From an uncultured Chloroflexia bacterium (GTDB lineage Bacteria > Chloroflexota > Anaerolineae > JAAYZQ01): 64,000 nt of DNA. Shown here piece after piece: positions 38,409 through 48,892 of this stretch. Each line of letters begins with the position of its first letter. Within the stretch, counting starts at the first letter, position 1. The position numbers were made by a program, and so were the translations under genes. The notes under the pieces are model-generated. The model was not told the DNA's origin. It ran no database searches and worked only from the letters and a program-made list of their open reading frames with translations. The DNA lies in assembly GCA_963700285.1 (NCBI GenBank), contig CAVOXA010000022.1:279844-343843 (forward strand), written 5' to 3'.

Positions 38409-39947
38409 ATGACTGCATCAAAAACTGAGAAGCCGAAAGAAATCGGGCGAACGCCCTCGATGTTCGCCTCTCTGCTGGTGCTCGGGGTGATGATCGCCCT
38501 GATCCTGCTGTCAGTGGTCCTGTTTGGCAGCACAGTGGCAGACGGTCCGCTGCAGGTGAGTATGACCCTGGCCACGCTTTTCGCCTTGGGCGTCGCCATG
38601 CACTACGGCTTCCGCGGTTCTCTCATCAGCGAGGCCATCTCAAGCGGTGTCAATGGCGCGATTGGCACGGTTTTTGTCATCATCGCCATCGGCACCGTGA
38701 TCGGGACCCTCTATCTATCTGGCTCCGTAGCCGCCTTTGTGTACTATGGCGTGGCCATCGTCAGCCCCAAGCTCTTTTATCTCATCGTGTTCCTCATCGC
38801 TTCGGTGGTAAGCATCCTGCTGGGAAGCTCCCTGACCACGGTGGGGGCCATCGGCATTGCCTTTGTCGGTTTGGCTTCCATCGTGGGTGTCAATCCGGCC
38901 ATCGCCGCCGGCGCCGCCGTATCGGGCGCGATTCTGGGGAACAAGATCGCCAAAATCTCGGACACGGCCAATCTGACGGTCGCCACTGTCGGCGGCCTCA
39001 CGATCGACGAGCATTCCCGCATGGTCACGCGCACAGCCATTCCCGCCGCGTTGATCAGCGGGCTGCTCTATCTCCTACTTGGATTCCTTGGCGGTTCGGT
39101 GGAAGGTGCGGTTGATGTTGCCCAAGTGCAAGGGACCCTCGCACAGTACTTTAACATCTCTCTTCTGGCATTTGTGCCGGTCCTCTTGATCTTTTTGCTC
39201 TCGGCCCTCCGGTTTTCGGCCTACATGTCCCTGATGTTGTCAGCCATCTTTGCGGTCGTGCTGGCGGCCTTTACCCAACACGATCTGATCGTCTCCCTGG
39301 CCGGCGACCCCAGTCTCAGTTATTTCGACGCCGTCCTCAAAGTAGGCATTGATACCTTCACCAATGGCTTTCATCTTAACAGCGGTGTTGAGCAACTGGA
39401 CACGCTGTTTGCCGGTGGCGGAGTAGCCGGCATGCTGACCACGGTCTGGCTGGTCCTGATGGCGGCGAGCTTTGGCGCCGTGGCCGGCTACACCGGGATG
39501 CTGCAGCGCATCATTACGCCGGTGATCAACCGGACGAAGGGGCCGGCGTCGCTGGTGTTGGTCACGATGCTGACCTCGATCGGCATGAATTTCGCGACGG
39601 CGGATCCCTATACGAGCGTCGTGCTGACGGGGCGTATGTTCCGGAAGGAATATATGCAGGAGCGCCTCAAACCGGTGCTTCTGTCAGCTTCGATGGCCGA
39701 TTCGGGCACCATCTTCTCGCACATCATCCCCTGGAACGTCCACGGAGCGCTGTTCGCCGGGACCTTGGGGCTCGCCACACTGTCGTGGGCGCCGTATACG
39801 TTCCTTGCTTATCTGACGCCCATCGTGACCTTTGTGATGGTCTATGTTCACTACATGCGCAAAGAGCAGCTAGCCAGTGACGAGGATGCCGAGAAGGTCT
39901 ATGGCGATGAACCCGACCAGATCCCCGCGCCGGCCGATTTGGCATAG
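38409..39947 (+). CDS. NhaC family antiporter/transporter
   Basis: LGSSLTTVG, AAGAAVSGAILG.K...ISDT, DSGT...IIPWN. Confidence 0.88.
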   Translation: MTASKTEKPKEIGRTPSMFASLLVLGVMIALILLSVVLFGSTVADGPLQVSMTLATLFALGVAMHYGFRGSLISEAISSGVNGAIGTVFVIIAIGTVIGTLYLSGSVAAFVYYGVAIVSPKLFYLIVFLIASVVSILLGSSLTTVGAIGIAFVGLASIVGVNPAIAAGAAVSGAILGNKIAKISDTANLTVATVGGLTIDEHSRMVTRTAIPAALISGLLYLLLGFLGGSVEGAVDVAQVQGTLAQYFNISLLAFVPVLLIFLLSALRFSAYMSLMLSAIFAVVLAAFTQHDLIVSLAGDPSLSYFDAVLKVGIDTFTNGFHLNSGVEQLDTLFAGGGVAGMLTTVWLVLMAASFGAVAGYTGMLQRIITPVINRTKGPASLVLVTMLTSIGMNFATADPYTSVVLTGRMFRKEYMQERLKPVLLSASMADSGTIFSHIIPWNVHGALFAGTLGLATLSWAPYTFLAYLTPIVTFVMVYVHYMRKEQLASDEDAEKVYGDEPDQIPAPADLA

Positions 39948-39986
39948 AAGTCTCTGCCGGCAGGTCGGATGTGATGAAGATGCTTA

Positions 39987-40134
39987 TTTGTCCTCGGCTA
40001 CGGCGACGAGCAGGCGCTATCTCATCACATGGTTGCCGGGCCAGTCGCGCTGTGGTAGGGGCAGGACCGGAACGGTGGTGTCCCTCGAGATTGAAGACGA
40101 GCGTGGGGGACGCACCATCGTCACGCTGGCCTGA
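39987..40134 (+). pseudogene. Decayed C-terminal half of a paralog of 56806..57153
   Basis: FVLGYGDEQALSHHMVAGPVALW*GQDRNG/fs/VVSLEIEDERGGRTIVTLA vs FTISFGPDEAPTRHTINNPVALRQDQDVNGLVVSIRVEDAEGGVTMVRFD. Confidence 0.7.
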
Positions 40135-40345
40135 GCGCAGGGCTTTGGCTGGCTCCATTGATGCGGACCGGCCCCGTCCGGGAAGGAGGTGGTAGGCAGA
40201 CGCCAAAGATCGTAACTACGCCAGGCCAAGGTCCAACCTGCGTGACACGCCCAGCAGACGCGATCGGACTTGTTGGGTCGGCCATACAGATTCTGAGGTA
40301 GTTTGGTAATACAACCCAAAGAAGAAAACGAAAAGGAGAAAAATC

Positions 40346-40963
40346 ATGGGTGACAAAGACACAGGTTCGGCAGTTTACAACATCGTGGCGTTCTGCTTTG
40401 ACGGCCAGGACACGGCCAAGCAGACCCTCAAGGAAGCCAAAAAGGCGGGTGCGCTGGAGGGCTATGACATCGTCGTCCAGGCCATCGTCGAGCAGGACAA
40501 GAAGGGCAAGGTCCATGTCAGCGAGCCGGGCAAGGGCGGCGTTGGCGCGACCGCCGGTGCGCTGGGCGGCGGTCTGCTGGGCCTCATCGGCGGTCCCGCC
40601 GGGTTGCTGGCCTGGACTGTGGGCGGCGCGGTGATCGGCGGCATGGCCGGCAAGTACCTGGGCCGGCCCATCGCCAAGGGCGATCTGAAAGAGATCGGCC
40701 AGGCGCTGTCGCCCGACAGCTCGGCGCTGCTGATGCTGCTGGAGGACGTCTACACCGAGGCCGCCGTCGACAGCATGTCGGGCTACAACGCCCAGGTGGT
40801 GACGCTGACGGTGGGCGACGAGCTTTCGGGCGAGATTGCCCAGTTCGCGGCCGGCGCGGCCACCGACGATGAAGGGAATGTGATCGCCGGGGTGGGCGGC
40901 GTGGCCGCCGACGCCGAAGGCGACGTCGTCGCAGGTGCCGACGTGGCGGCCGCCACCGACTAG
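40346..40963 (+). CDS. DUF1269-like glycine-zipper membrane protein (type A)
   Basis: GATAGALGGGLLGLIGGPAG hairpin, L.PDSSALL. Confidence 0.75.
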   Translation: MGDKDTGSAVYNIVAFCFDGQDTAKQTLKEAKKAGALEGYDIVVQAIVEQDKKGKVHVSEPGKGGVGATAGALGGGLLGLIGGPAGLLAWTVGGAVIGGMAGKYLGRPIAKGDLKEIGQALSPDSSALLMLLEDVYTEAAVDSMSGYNAQVVTLTVGDELSGEIAQFAAGAATDDEGNVIAGVGGVAADAEGDVVAGADVAAATD

Positions 40964-41039
40964 GAAATAGGAAACGACAATTGGGGCTGCCGGTCGCCCG
41001 ACGGCCGGCAGCTCCTGATGCGATGGAGGAACACCTACG

Positions 41040-41447
41040 ATGAGAAAATCGACCTTGCTCGGCCTGGTCATTCTGCTGCTGCCTTTGCTGGCCGGTTGTG
41101 GAACCACCGTAGACAGCGCCAAGGCCGACTTTTGCAGCGATCTCGACGCGTTTAGCCAGTCGGTGGGGGGTCTGCGCGACCTCCACGCCGGTTCGACCAA
41201 GGAGGATCTGCAGGGTGCCATCGGGGACGCTGATCAGGCCTGGGAAGATCTGAAGGACTCGGCCAGCAAGCTGGAGGATGTGCAGCTCGACGCGCTGGAG
41301 GATGCCTACGGCGACCTGAAAGCCTCTATCCGGGACATACCGGACGACGCCACACTGGCCGAAGCGCTGGCCAACGTCAAGGACGCCGCTGTGGCCATGT
41401 TGAGCGAGATCGTGCAGATCACGACCATCACCTGCGGCGACTCGTAG
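41040..41447 (+). CDS. Small helical lipoprotein
   Basis: Lipobox LAGC; two further Cys; GGAGG RBS. Confidence 0.75.
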   Translation: MRKSTLLGLVILLLPLLAGCGTTVDSAKADFCSDLDAFSQSVGGLRDLHAGSTKEDLQGAIGDADQAWEDLKDSASKLEDVQLDALEDAYGDLKASIRDIPDDATLAEALANVKDAAVAMLSEIVQITTITCGDS

Positions 41448-41534
41448 ACCAGGTCTCAGGGCGCTTCTGGATGGCAACTTGATGCGTACCTGGTGCTTCC
41501 GAATTCATTAAACATAGAACAGGAGAGAAATATC

Positions 41535-42026
41535 ATGGCAACGATTACCGGATTCAAGTTTGATACGCCCGATGGCGCGGATAAGATGGTGGAGCTGGTT
41601 CAGGACCTGGCCAGGCAGCAGTTGATCGTGCTGCAGGATGCGGCCACCGTCATCTGGGCGGAGGGCAAGAAGAAACCCAAGACCAAACACCTGGCTGACA
41701 TGACCGGGGCGGGTGCAGTGGGTGGCGCCTTCTGGGGGATGCTGTTCGGCCTGATCTTTTTCGTCCCCTTCTTTGGCATGGCTGTCGGCGCGGCAATGGG
41801 CGCGTTGAGCGGGCACTTTGCCAACTATGGGATCGACAAAGGCTTTATCGAGCAGGCCCAGGCCAAGGTCACCGAAGGGACGTCGGCGGTGTTCCTGATG
41901 ACCAGCGACGCGGTAACCGACAAGGTGACCGATGCGGTCAAGAACAGCGGGCTGGAGTTCGAGATGTTCTACACCAACCTGTCCAAGGAACAGGAAGCGC
42001 AACTGCGCGAGGACTTTGGCGCCTAG
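41535..42026 (+). CDS. DUF1269 family membrane protein (type B)
   Basis: GAVGGAFWGMLFGLIFFVPFFG, YGID..F, VTEGTSAVF, TNLSKEQE. Confidence 0.85.
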   Translation: MATITGFKFDTPDGADKMVELVQDLARQQLIVLQDAATVIWAEGKKKPKTKHLADMTGAGAVGGAFWGMLFGLIFFVPFFGMAVGAAMGALSGHFANYGIDKGFIEQAQAKVTEGTSAVFLMTSDAVTDKVTDAVKNSGLEFEMFYTNLSKEQEAQLREDFGA

Positions 42027-42127
42027 GTATGCCTCAGGACCCTGAGGGTTTGTGACGAACCGCAAGTTCGCACCCTTGGGGTCTGAGTGAGTGACGAACC
42101 AAACCAAGTTTGAGAAGGAGATGAAAA

Positions 42128-43099
42128 ATGGCGATTGGACCAATTCAGTTGATCGCGATCGGATTTGACGAGCCCGAGTTCCGGGGGGCGATCCGGCGCG
42201 AGTTGGCAGCCCTGCGAGGCTTGGGCTTCGTCCGGCTGATCGACGCGCTCTTTGTGGCCAAGGATGACTTTGGCGGCATGACCCGCATGGAGATGAGCGA
42301 CCTGTCCGAATCAGAAAAGATAGAGTTCGGCGCCCTGATCGGCGGCATGATCGGGCTGGGCGCCGGGGACTGGGAGACTGCAGAACTGGGGGCCGAGCTG
42401 GGCGCTCTGGCGGCCTCGGAAAACGTGTTTGGCGTGAGCGGCGAAGAGCTCAGCGCCTTTGTCGAAGACCTGGAGCCGGGCACCGCAGCCGCTCTGCTGC
42501 TCCTGGAGCACCGGTGGGCCATCGGCTTCCGGGATGCGGTCCTGGACGCCGGCGGCGAGTTTCTGCTGCAGGGCTACCTGACGCCCGATACCCTGTTCAT
42601 GTTCGGCGCCGAGCTGGAAGCGCAGGCAGAAGCCGCGGCCGCCATCGAGGCCGCTGAGGAAGCGGTGGCGATCTCGGAGGCGATCCAGGAGGAAGCGGCG
42701 CGCCGGGCCATCGCGGCGCTGATCACCGCCGGCATGATCGAGGACGCGGCCATGGACGAGGCGGCAGAAGTGGTGGCCGATGCACTGGCCATCGGATTCG
42801 TCGCCGAGGCCGAGGCGGAAGCTGCTGTGGAAGAGGCGGAGGATGTGGAAGAGGCCGCCGCCGAGATCGAAGCTGCGGCCATCGTCGACGTCATCCGCAC
42901 CCTGCTCGCTGCGGAGCTCATCGAGGACGCGGCCATCGACGACGTCGTGGACACCCTGGTGGCCGCGGGCATGATCGAGGAAGAGGCAGCCGAGGAAGCC
43001 GTCGCCGCGATCTTGGCTGCTGACGACATCGAGGAGGCCGCTGCCGATGATGCCGCTGAGGCGATCGTCGAGGCCGAGGAGATCGAGGACGACGTCTAG
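42128..43099 (+). CDS. DUF6325/DUF1269-like protein with long acidic Ala/Glu/Asp tail
   Basis: GPIQLIAIGF, IDALFVAKD, LEPGTAAALLLLEHRWA; repeated L(I/V)xAGMIE(D/E)xA. Confidence 0.7.
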   Translation: MAIGPIQLIAIGFDEPEFRGAIRRELAALRGLGFVRLIDALFVAKDDFGGMTRMEMSDLSESEKIEFGALIGGMIGLGAGDWETAELGAELGALAASENVFGVSGEELSAFVEDLEPGTAAALLLLEHRWAIGFRDAVLDAGGEFLLQGYLTPDTLFMFGAELEAQAEAAAAIEAAEEAVAISEAIQEEAARRAIAALITAGMIEDAAMDEAAEVVADALAIGFVAEAEAEAAVEEAEDVEEAAAEIEAAAIVDVIRTLLAAELIEDAAIDDVVDTLVAAGMIEEEAAEEAVAAILAADDIEEAAADDAAEAIVEAEEIEDDV

Positions 43100-43120
43100 G
43101 AAGAGAAAAGGAGGAAGACG

Positions 43121-43406
43121 ATGTGCTGTTTCATAACTGCTCTGCTGTTGGCGGGGCCGCGCCTGGCCATGCTGGTCTGGTGGATCATCAACCCCATCTG
43201 TCTCGTGCGGCGTTTGATCACTGGATCTGGGGATTCAGGGCAGGATCTTTTTGCCGTGGACGACGCTAATGTACCTCACCATCTTTCCGGGCGGCATCAT
43301 CGGCTTTGACTGGATCCTGCTGGGCTGGGTGTATTCGCCGAATGGCGACCTACTTTGGAGGGTACCGGAGCGGGAGCGCGTACCCTACGGCGAAATGATC
43401 CCGTAG
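43121..43406 (+). CDS. Small membrane protein with several frameshifts
   Basis: MCCFITALLLAGPRL.. continues in other frames as AFDHWIW and IFLPWTTLMYLTIFPGGIIGFDWILLGLG; AGGAGG RBS. Confidence 0.55.
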
Positions 43407-43533
43407 GTTGAAATCAAGGCGTTTTGTACCGGCAGCCGTCAACTGTCCCAGTGACGGCTACTCAACCTTGCGGGCGAACCCGAGTTGACGCCATCACGAT
43501 GATTCGAAGCGTAGCCAGAAGGAGAAGGTAGGC

Positions 43534-44169
43534 TTGGTAACCTACTCTCTAACGCCAGAAGTCGAGTGCACCGATGGCCCCTGTGGCAAGACCACGCACG
43601 TCATCGTCAGTCCGGTCGGCTACAAGGTGACCCACTTTGCAGTGCAGGACAAGAGCCTGCCCGACAACTCGACGCGCCTGGTGCCAGCAGGGAATGTGGC
43701 CAGCGTAGCGGAGCAGGAGATCAGGCTTAATTGCACCAAGGCCGACGTGGCCAGAATGCCACCGTTCCTCGTTTCGAAGTTTATCCAGGAATCAGGGCCG
43801 GGTATGGCCTATGCATCGGGCCAGGCCAACACGTCCCAGTATGTCGTTGACGACACCGCCTACGACGAGGTCCAGGAACGCAACATTCCCGAGGGCCAGT
43901 GGGCCGTCTACAGCGGGATGCACGTGGAAGCCTCGGACGGCCACGTCGGTAAGGTGGACGGACTCGTGGTGGATCCCAACAGAGGGGAAGTTACCTACCT
44001 GCTGATGTGGGAAGGACATCTGTGGGGCAAGAGGGAGGTCACGATACCGGTGTCTGCTGCCTACTTTTGTGACGCTGACACAGTCTATCTGAAGCTGGAC
44101 ACGGCAGCCGTTGAGGCATTGCCGGTTGGGCCGGTGAAGGGGTACCCATCAGGGCAGCGGATTGTTTGA
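43534..44169 (+). CDS. PRC-barrel domain protein (two barrels)
   Basis: VECTDGPCGK..HVIV.P; VEASDGHVGKVDGLVVDP..VTYLL..EGHLWGKREV.IPVS. Confidence 0.8.
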   Translation: MVTYSLTPEVECTDGPCGKTTHVIVSPVGYKVTHFAVQDKSLPDNSTRLVPAGNVASVAEQEIRLNCTKADVARMPPFLVSKFIQESGPGMAYASGQANTSQYVVDDTAYDEVQERNIPEGQWAVYSGMHVEASDGHVGKVDGLVVDPNRGEVTYLLMWEGHLWGKREVTIPVSAAYFCDADTVYLKLDTAAVEALPVGPVKGYPSGQRIV

Positions 44170-44339
44170 GGGTGATGTGGAAAAGGTGGGGGTGTTTCGA
44201 CAGTTGGGCTACGGTTTCCATACCGGATGATTTCGGCGGCGCGAATTTTGACTGCTGTGACTTTGCCAATGAGGAAGGTCATAAGCATTAATGCACTGAT
44301 GACATGCTTCTTAACCTAAAATAAACAAGGAGAATAAAC

Positions 44340-45561
44340 ATGAGTACTGAAGATACAAAATCAACAACGAAAGCCAACCCATACGCAACGAAAGATAATC
44401 CATACGCAACGAAAGACAATCCGTATGCAACTAAAGACAATCCGCTTGCGACTCAATATAATCCATACGCAACTGGAAAGGATTATTCCAAAATACCACA
44501 GCGTTTACACAAATACCCTGCTTCTGATAAAGCGAAGAAGATCGTACATGATTCCATAACCATAGATACACTCTTTTCCGGTACTTGGCCAGAGCAGTGG
44601 TCATCTCCTGAAGGCCCTGAGTTTCATGACCAAATGGACCGCTGTATTGCTGTAGGAGTTAAGGTAATGGGCTGTATGCCCCTCAGCTGATTCATTAAAT
44701 CCAGCTGCTTCAGTAACGTTGAAGGCTTTGCAGTTCTATCTCAAAAAGATCAACGAACGCCCTGATAAATACAAGATTGTGCGCACAACCAAGGATATTG
44801 ATGAGGCGATAGCGGAAAAGAAGTTGGGCTTATACTTTACCCATCAGGGTACAGGACATTATGAAGGTGATGTCGATAATGTAGCAATTTGGCGTCAGCT
44901 CGGTTATGGCTACTGTTTATTGGCTTACAACCAGCGCAATCCTGTGGGTGACGGATGTTTTGTGAAAGAGAACGGAGGGCTTACTGCTTATGGAAAGACA
45001 TTGATTGATGCCTACAACCGTTACGGCATGCTCGTGGATGTCAGTCATACTGGTGAACGTACAGCACTGGATGCCATTGAGCGTAGTAGTCAGCCGGTCA
45101 TATCATCCCACTCGGTAGCCATGGCGATAGCAAAATATCAACGTAGTCTGGAAGATTCGGTTATTAAGGCGATTGCCCAGAGTGGCGGTGTGTGTTCCAT
45201 CAACTCGGTGGGTGCTTTTGTTGATATGTCTAACCCGAATATCGTGACAACGGACATGCTTTTCAAACATATTGATTATATGGTAAATCTTGTTGGAATT
45301 GACCATGTGGGTTACGGTTCTGATTTTATCCCGGATATCACCTTTACGTCTGATGGTATGCAAACACCATTTGGTCAGGCAATATTCCCAGATGATGGCT
45401 ATTCATTCAAAGCAGGCCAACAAGGATTCCCAACAGCTGCTTCGTATCAGATTCTTCCCGCTCTGGTGGATAAGTTGCTGGAGAATGGATATTCCGAAGA
45501 GGATTGTGGCAAATTCCTTGGTGGTAATAACTACCGTGTAATGAGTCAGGTCTGGAAATAG
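44340..45561 (+). CDS. Membrane dipeptidase (peptidase M19) family protein, frameshift near 44680
   Basis: LAYNQRN..GDG, GGLT.YG, LVDVSHTG, VISSHS, HIDY.V.LVGIDHVGYGSDF, LGGN..RV. Confidence 0.85.
44367..44471 (+). repeat. Five 21-bp coding tandem repeats (T-K-D-N-P-Y-A)
   Basis: TKANPYA TKDNPYA TKDNPYA TKDNPLA TQYNPYA with synonymous variation. Confidence 0.9.
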
Positions 45562-45680
45562 GCTTCTGATCTCATCACATTGCCGCTTCCCAACGAAAAG
45601 TCGGGTGCACTCAAATTAGATAAACTCAATTATTAATATTTAAAAACAAAAATCATGAATAAGGTGAATAAAAAAATAAG

Positions 45681-46962
45681 ATGAATAAAAAACAAGATAA
45701 CAAAAGCACCGTAGAAGTTCTAGCTCCAAAAGATTTGGTCGAGTACAAGAAAATGAAAGAGGCTGGATTGACCCAAGAGTTTGACAAACAAGCGCATCGT
45801 GAATCTTCACTTCCACAGATGGCTACCGGACTTAGATTTGTGCCTTATCAATACTCGAGAATGGAAGAATATTTTCCTTCAGCTCTTATTGACAAAGCAC
45901 CTTCTAGCTATAACATTGAAAGAGAAATTAACCCATCTTTAGGAAATGTCTCTTTCAAACGTGTGGATGGAAGCACTACCCCTACCTTGAATGAATTTAT
46001 TAATGAGCCTGGTAACAGACTACAAGCCATTTTAATGATTCATAAAGGCAAGGTTATTTTTGAGAGCTATCCTGGAATGCCTAAAGAAGACCGTCATCTT
46101 TGGAATTCTGCCTCTAAGAGTACGCCTGGTATTCTTAATGCTATTTTAGCTACTGAAGGAAAGATAGACATCACTAAGCCTGTCTCTTACTATATTCCTG
46201 AATGGAAGAATACTGCCTTGGGACGATGTTTCTGTGCATGATAACATGAACATGACTACCGGTCTTAATGTACAAGAAGAGTTTTCACAAGATATTGGTA
46301 AACCTGATCACCTTGCTGATCATTTCGTAGCTTCTCTTTATCGATACGGAGATTACACCCCTTGGGTGGAATTATGTAAAGGGGTTAGGAAATTGTACGC
46401 TCCAGGAACTGTTCATAGATATTCCAACATTAGCGCGCAGTCAATGTGTAAAGTGGTTGAAAATGCGCTTGGAAAACCTTTCAGAACCATCCTGGAAGAA
46501 CGACTCTTTCACCCATCTGGAAACACCGATACCATCTCTGTGATGCTTATGGATGATGGGATTGCTCAAGGTGTTGGGGGAATTTCTACTACGCTAGAAG
46601 ACTTTGCGAGATACGCTTTTTCTTATACTCCAAGCTTCAAGAGACTTACCGGAAGAGATGGAATCCCTCAAGCTGCGATTGATTTCATATTTAAAAACCA
46701 AATTGATCCGGAAGTCTTTGCAAAGGGTAATCTATATGCGATAGGGCAAGCTAATTATGGAGCAGATCAGCCTGTATCTGGAGGTAGTCTTTTTGACTTT
46801 TTCTTTGCAGATGGTGCCTTCTCCAAGCATGGTCACCATAGCCAAGGAATCTATCTTGATCCTAAGAGAGACTTTGCTGGTGTATACTTTTCTACACAAC
46901 CAACCGGAAGTGCAGAGAACCTAGGTGCTGGTTATATGAGAGCAATTTCAAAGACTTTATAG
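45681..46962 (+). CDS. Beta-lactamase-fold serine hydrolase (NylB/AmpC-like), frameshift near 46218
   Basis: SASK (SxxK), NMTTGL, RYSN, KHGH.SQGIY. Confidence 0.8.
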
Positions 46963-47174
46963 TCTTGTAAACTACAACTTAAGGAGGGGGGCTTCCCCAC
47001 CAACGCAAAGGCACTCAATCATTCTCCCTGACGGTCGGCGGTTTGCTATCGCCGTGTTCACGAAAAGCAGCGTGACATCCATGGCGGACAGAGATCGGGC
47101 TATTGCGGAAGTTGCCAGAGCTTTATATGACTTTTATTATTTCCAGTCATAAGGCAAATAACGTTTTTCATACC

Positions 47175-47224
47175 TAACGCCTTGGTTGGGCGGCGCGAAA
47201 TGGCGCCGCCCAACCAAGGCGTTA
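47175..47224. repeat. Perfect 22-bp inverted repeat with 6-nt loop
   Basis: TAACGCCTTGGTTGGGCGGCGC-gaaatg-GCGCCGCCCAACCAAGGCGTTA. Confidence 0.85.
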
Positions 47225-47420
47225 TAAACGTGGTCGTGTCATCATAGCACGAGATCTAGTGATTAACTGGTTCAGCACTGGCGATGGTAATGGAAAAGAA
47301 GAAACGATGGTTCGCGCCATTGCGAGAAGCTTCGACTGAGTCGGAATGCCGAGACCAAAATGGTCAACGGAAAATTAAAAGAAATAAAACTAAAATTCAA
47401 TAGAAAAAGGAGATTATGCA

Positions 47421-48683
47421 ATGAGTACCAAAGATAAAAAAAGCATGGAAGTTGATAGCCCGATGGCGAAGTGGAAAAACCCACAACCGGTGGAGTTCAT
47501 TCAGAAAGCACTTAAAGAGTATAGCTTTCCGAATTGGCAATCGGGAAATGAAGACTCTATTTACTACAACATGAACTTCACCGAGATATTCAAGTGTTCT
47601 TATGTTGCACCCGCAGAAGAGCCTTCAGAACTGGAGCGCGCACTTGATCCTTCATTGATGAATCTGACCTTTACGGCTCACGATGGAACGACCACGCCGA
47701 CTCTCAGAGAGTATCTGGGAGGCAAACGGCAGGTTCAAGCGATGATGATGGCCCATAAAGGGAAGGTGGTTTTCGAAACGTATCCAGGTATGAAGCCTAA
47801 CGGTCTCCATGTGTGGATGTCGGCCTCCAAAACAACGGTTGGCCTGTTAATATCCATGCTGGCCGATGAAGGCAAAATTGATCTTGATAAGCCAATGCCG
47901 ACCTATGTGCCAGAACTCCGCGGAACCCATTGGGAACAGGCTACCGTGAGAAACGTCATGAATATGTCCTCTGGTCTTAATATCGAGGAGACCATAGCGA
48001 ACCTGTTGAACCCGGACTCCTGGATTGCGCATTGGTTCACAGCAGCCTTCGAAGGAAAGGGTGATTGGCGCGAGATGTCCAAGAACGCGCAGCCCTTGCC
48101 AAACGAAAAGGCTGGTGACCATTTCCGCTATTCAGGAGCCAATACCCAGACGCTGGTTCTGGCGACCGAATACGTCAGCGGAAAGCGTTGGCAGGACTTC
48201 TGGAACGAACGGGTCTGGTCGAAAATTGGCGCGAAAAACCCGTTAATTACCGCATTGACTCCTGATGGCGTTGCCATCGCCGCCGGCATGCACAACACCA
48301 CACCAGAAGATATGCTGCGCTATGCGCTTATTTACACGCCCAGTTGGCATGTGGTGGCACAGGAGCAAATCGTTTCCGACCGACTTCTGAAAAGCATCCA
48401 GACACTTGGAAATCCAGATGCGTATCGTGACTCCACGGAGGAGCAATACGGTACTGACTGGTTCGGTGAGAAACCTTTGACCAATACCGCACAATGGGAT
48501 CATATGTTCTCCGACGGGGCCATGTTCAAGCACGGCAACATGGGGCAGGGGATTTACGTGGATCCTGCTCGAGATTTCTGTGGCATGTATTTCGGATTAG
48601 CACCTAACCAAGACAGTATCTCGGGAATCGATCATTCTCCAGGGTATCTGCGCACTGCCGCCAAGAAGCTCGCAGGCAAATAA
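47421..48683 (+). CDS. Beta-lactamase-fold serine hydrolase (NylB/AmpC-like)
   Basis: SASK, MNMSSGL, FRYSG, KHGNMGQGIYVDP. Confidence 0.85.
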   Translation: MSTKDKKSMEVDSPMAKWKNPQPVEFIQKALKEYSFPNWQSGNEDSIYYNMNFTEIFKCSYVAPAEEPSELERALDPSLMNLTFTAHDGTTTPTLREYLGGKRQVQAMMMAHKGKVVFETYPGMKPNGLHVWMSASKTTVGLLISMLADEGKIDLDKPMPTYVPELRGTHWEQATVRNVMNMSSGLNIEETIANLLNPDSWIAHWFTAAFEGKGDWREMSKNAQPLPNEKAGDHFRYSGANTQTLVLATEYVSGKRWQDFWNERVWSKIGAKNPLITALTPDGVAIAAGMHNTTPEDMLRYALIYTPSWHVVAQEQIVSDRLLKSIQTLGNPDAYRDSTEEQYGTDWFGEKPLTNTAQWDHMFSDGAMFKHGNMGQGIYVDPARDFCGMYFGLAPNQDSISGIDHSPGYLRTAAKKLAGK

Positions 48684-48714
48684 ATATGACGCCACAAGCG
48701 TAGTAAATAAATCA

Positions 48715-48825
48715 GGGTCTTTGGGAATTCAAGGGTTTTTACTCGTGTCATTACTTCGGCAAGCTCAGTACAGGTCTGAGTGCAACGAAGTAATGACACG
48801 AACCCCCGCAAATCCTAAAGAGCCA
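48715..48825. repeat. MITE-like nested palindromic element
   Basis: Imperfect outer IR GGTCTTTGGGAATT/AATCCTAAAGAGCC; inner perfect IR TCGTGTCATTACTTCG/CGAAGTAATGACACGA. Confidence 0.5.
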
Positions 48826-48892
48826 GAAAAGTAAGCGCTTTTGAGCTAACGTAGATGCCTTAAGGAATAACTAAAATGTGCATGGTGAAAAG

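Noticed and set aside
45681-48683. Antibiotic-resistance beta-lactamases
   Set aside because: SxxK fold only, no signal peptides; closer in pattern to NylB-like amidases/esterases
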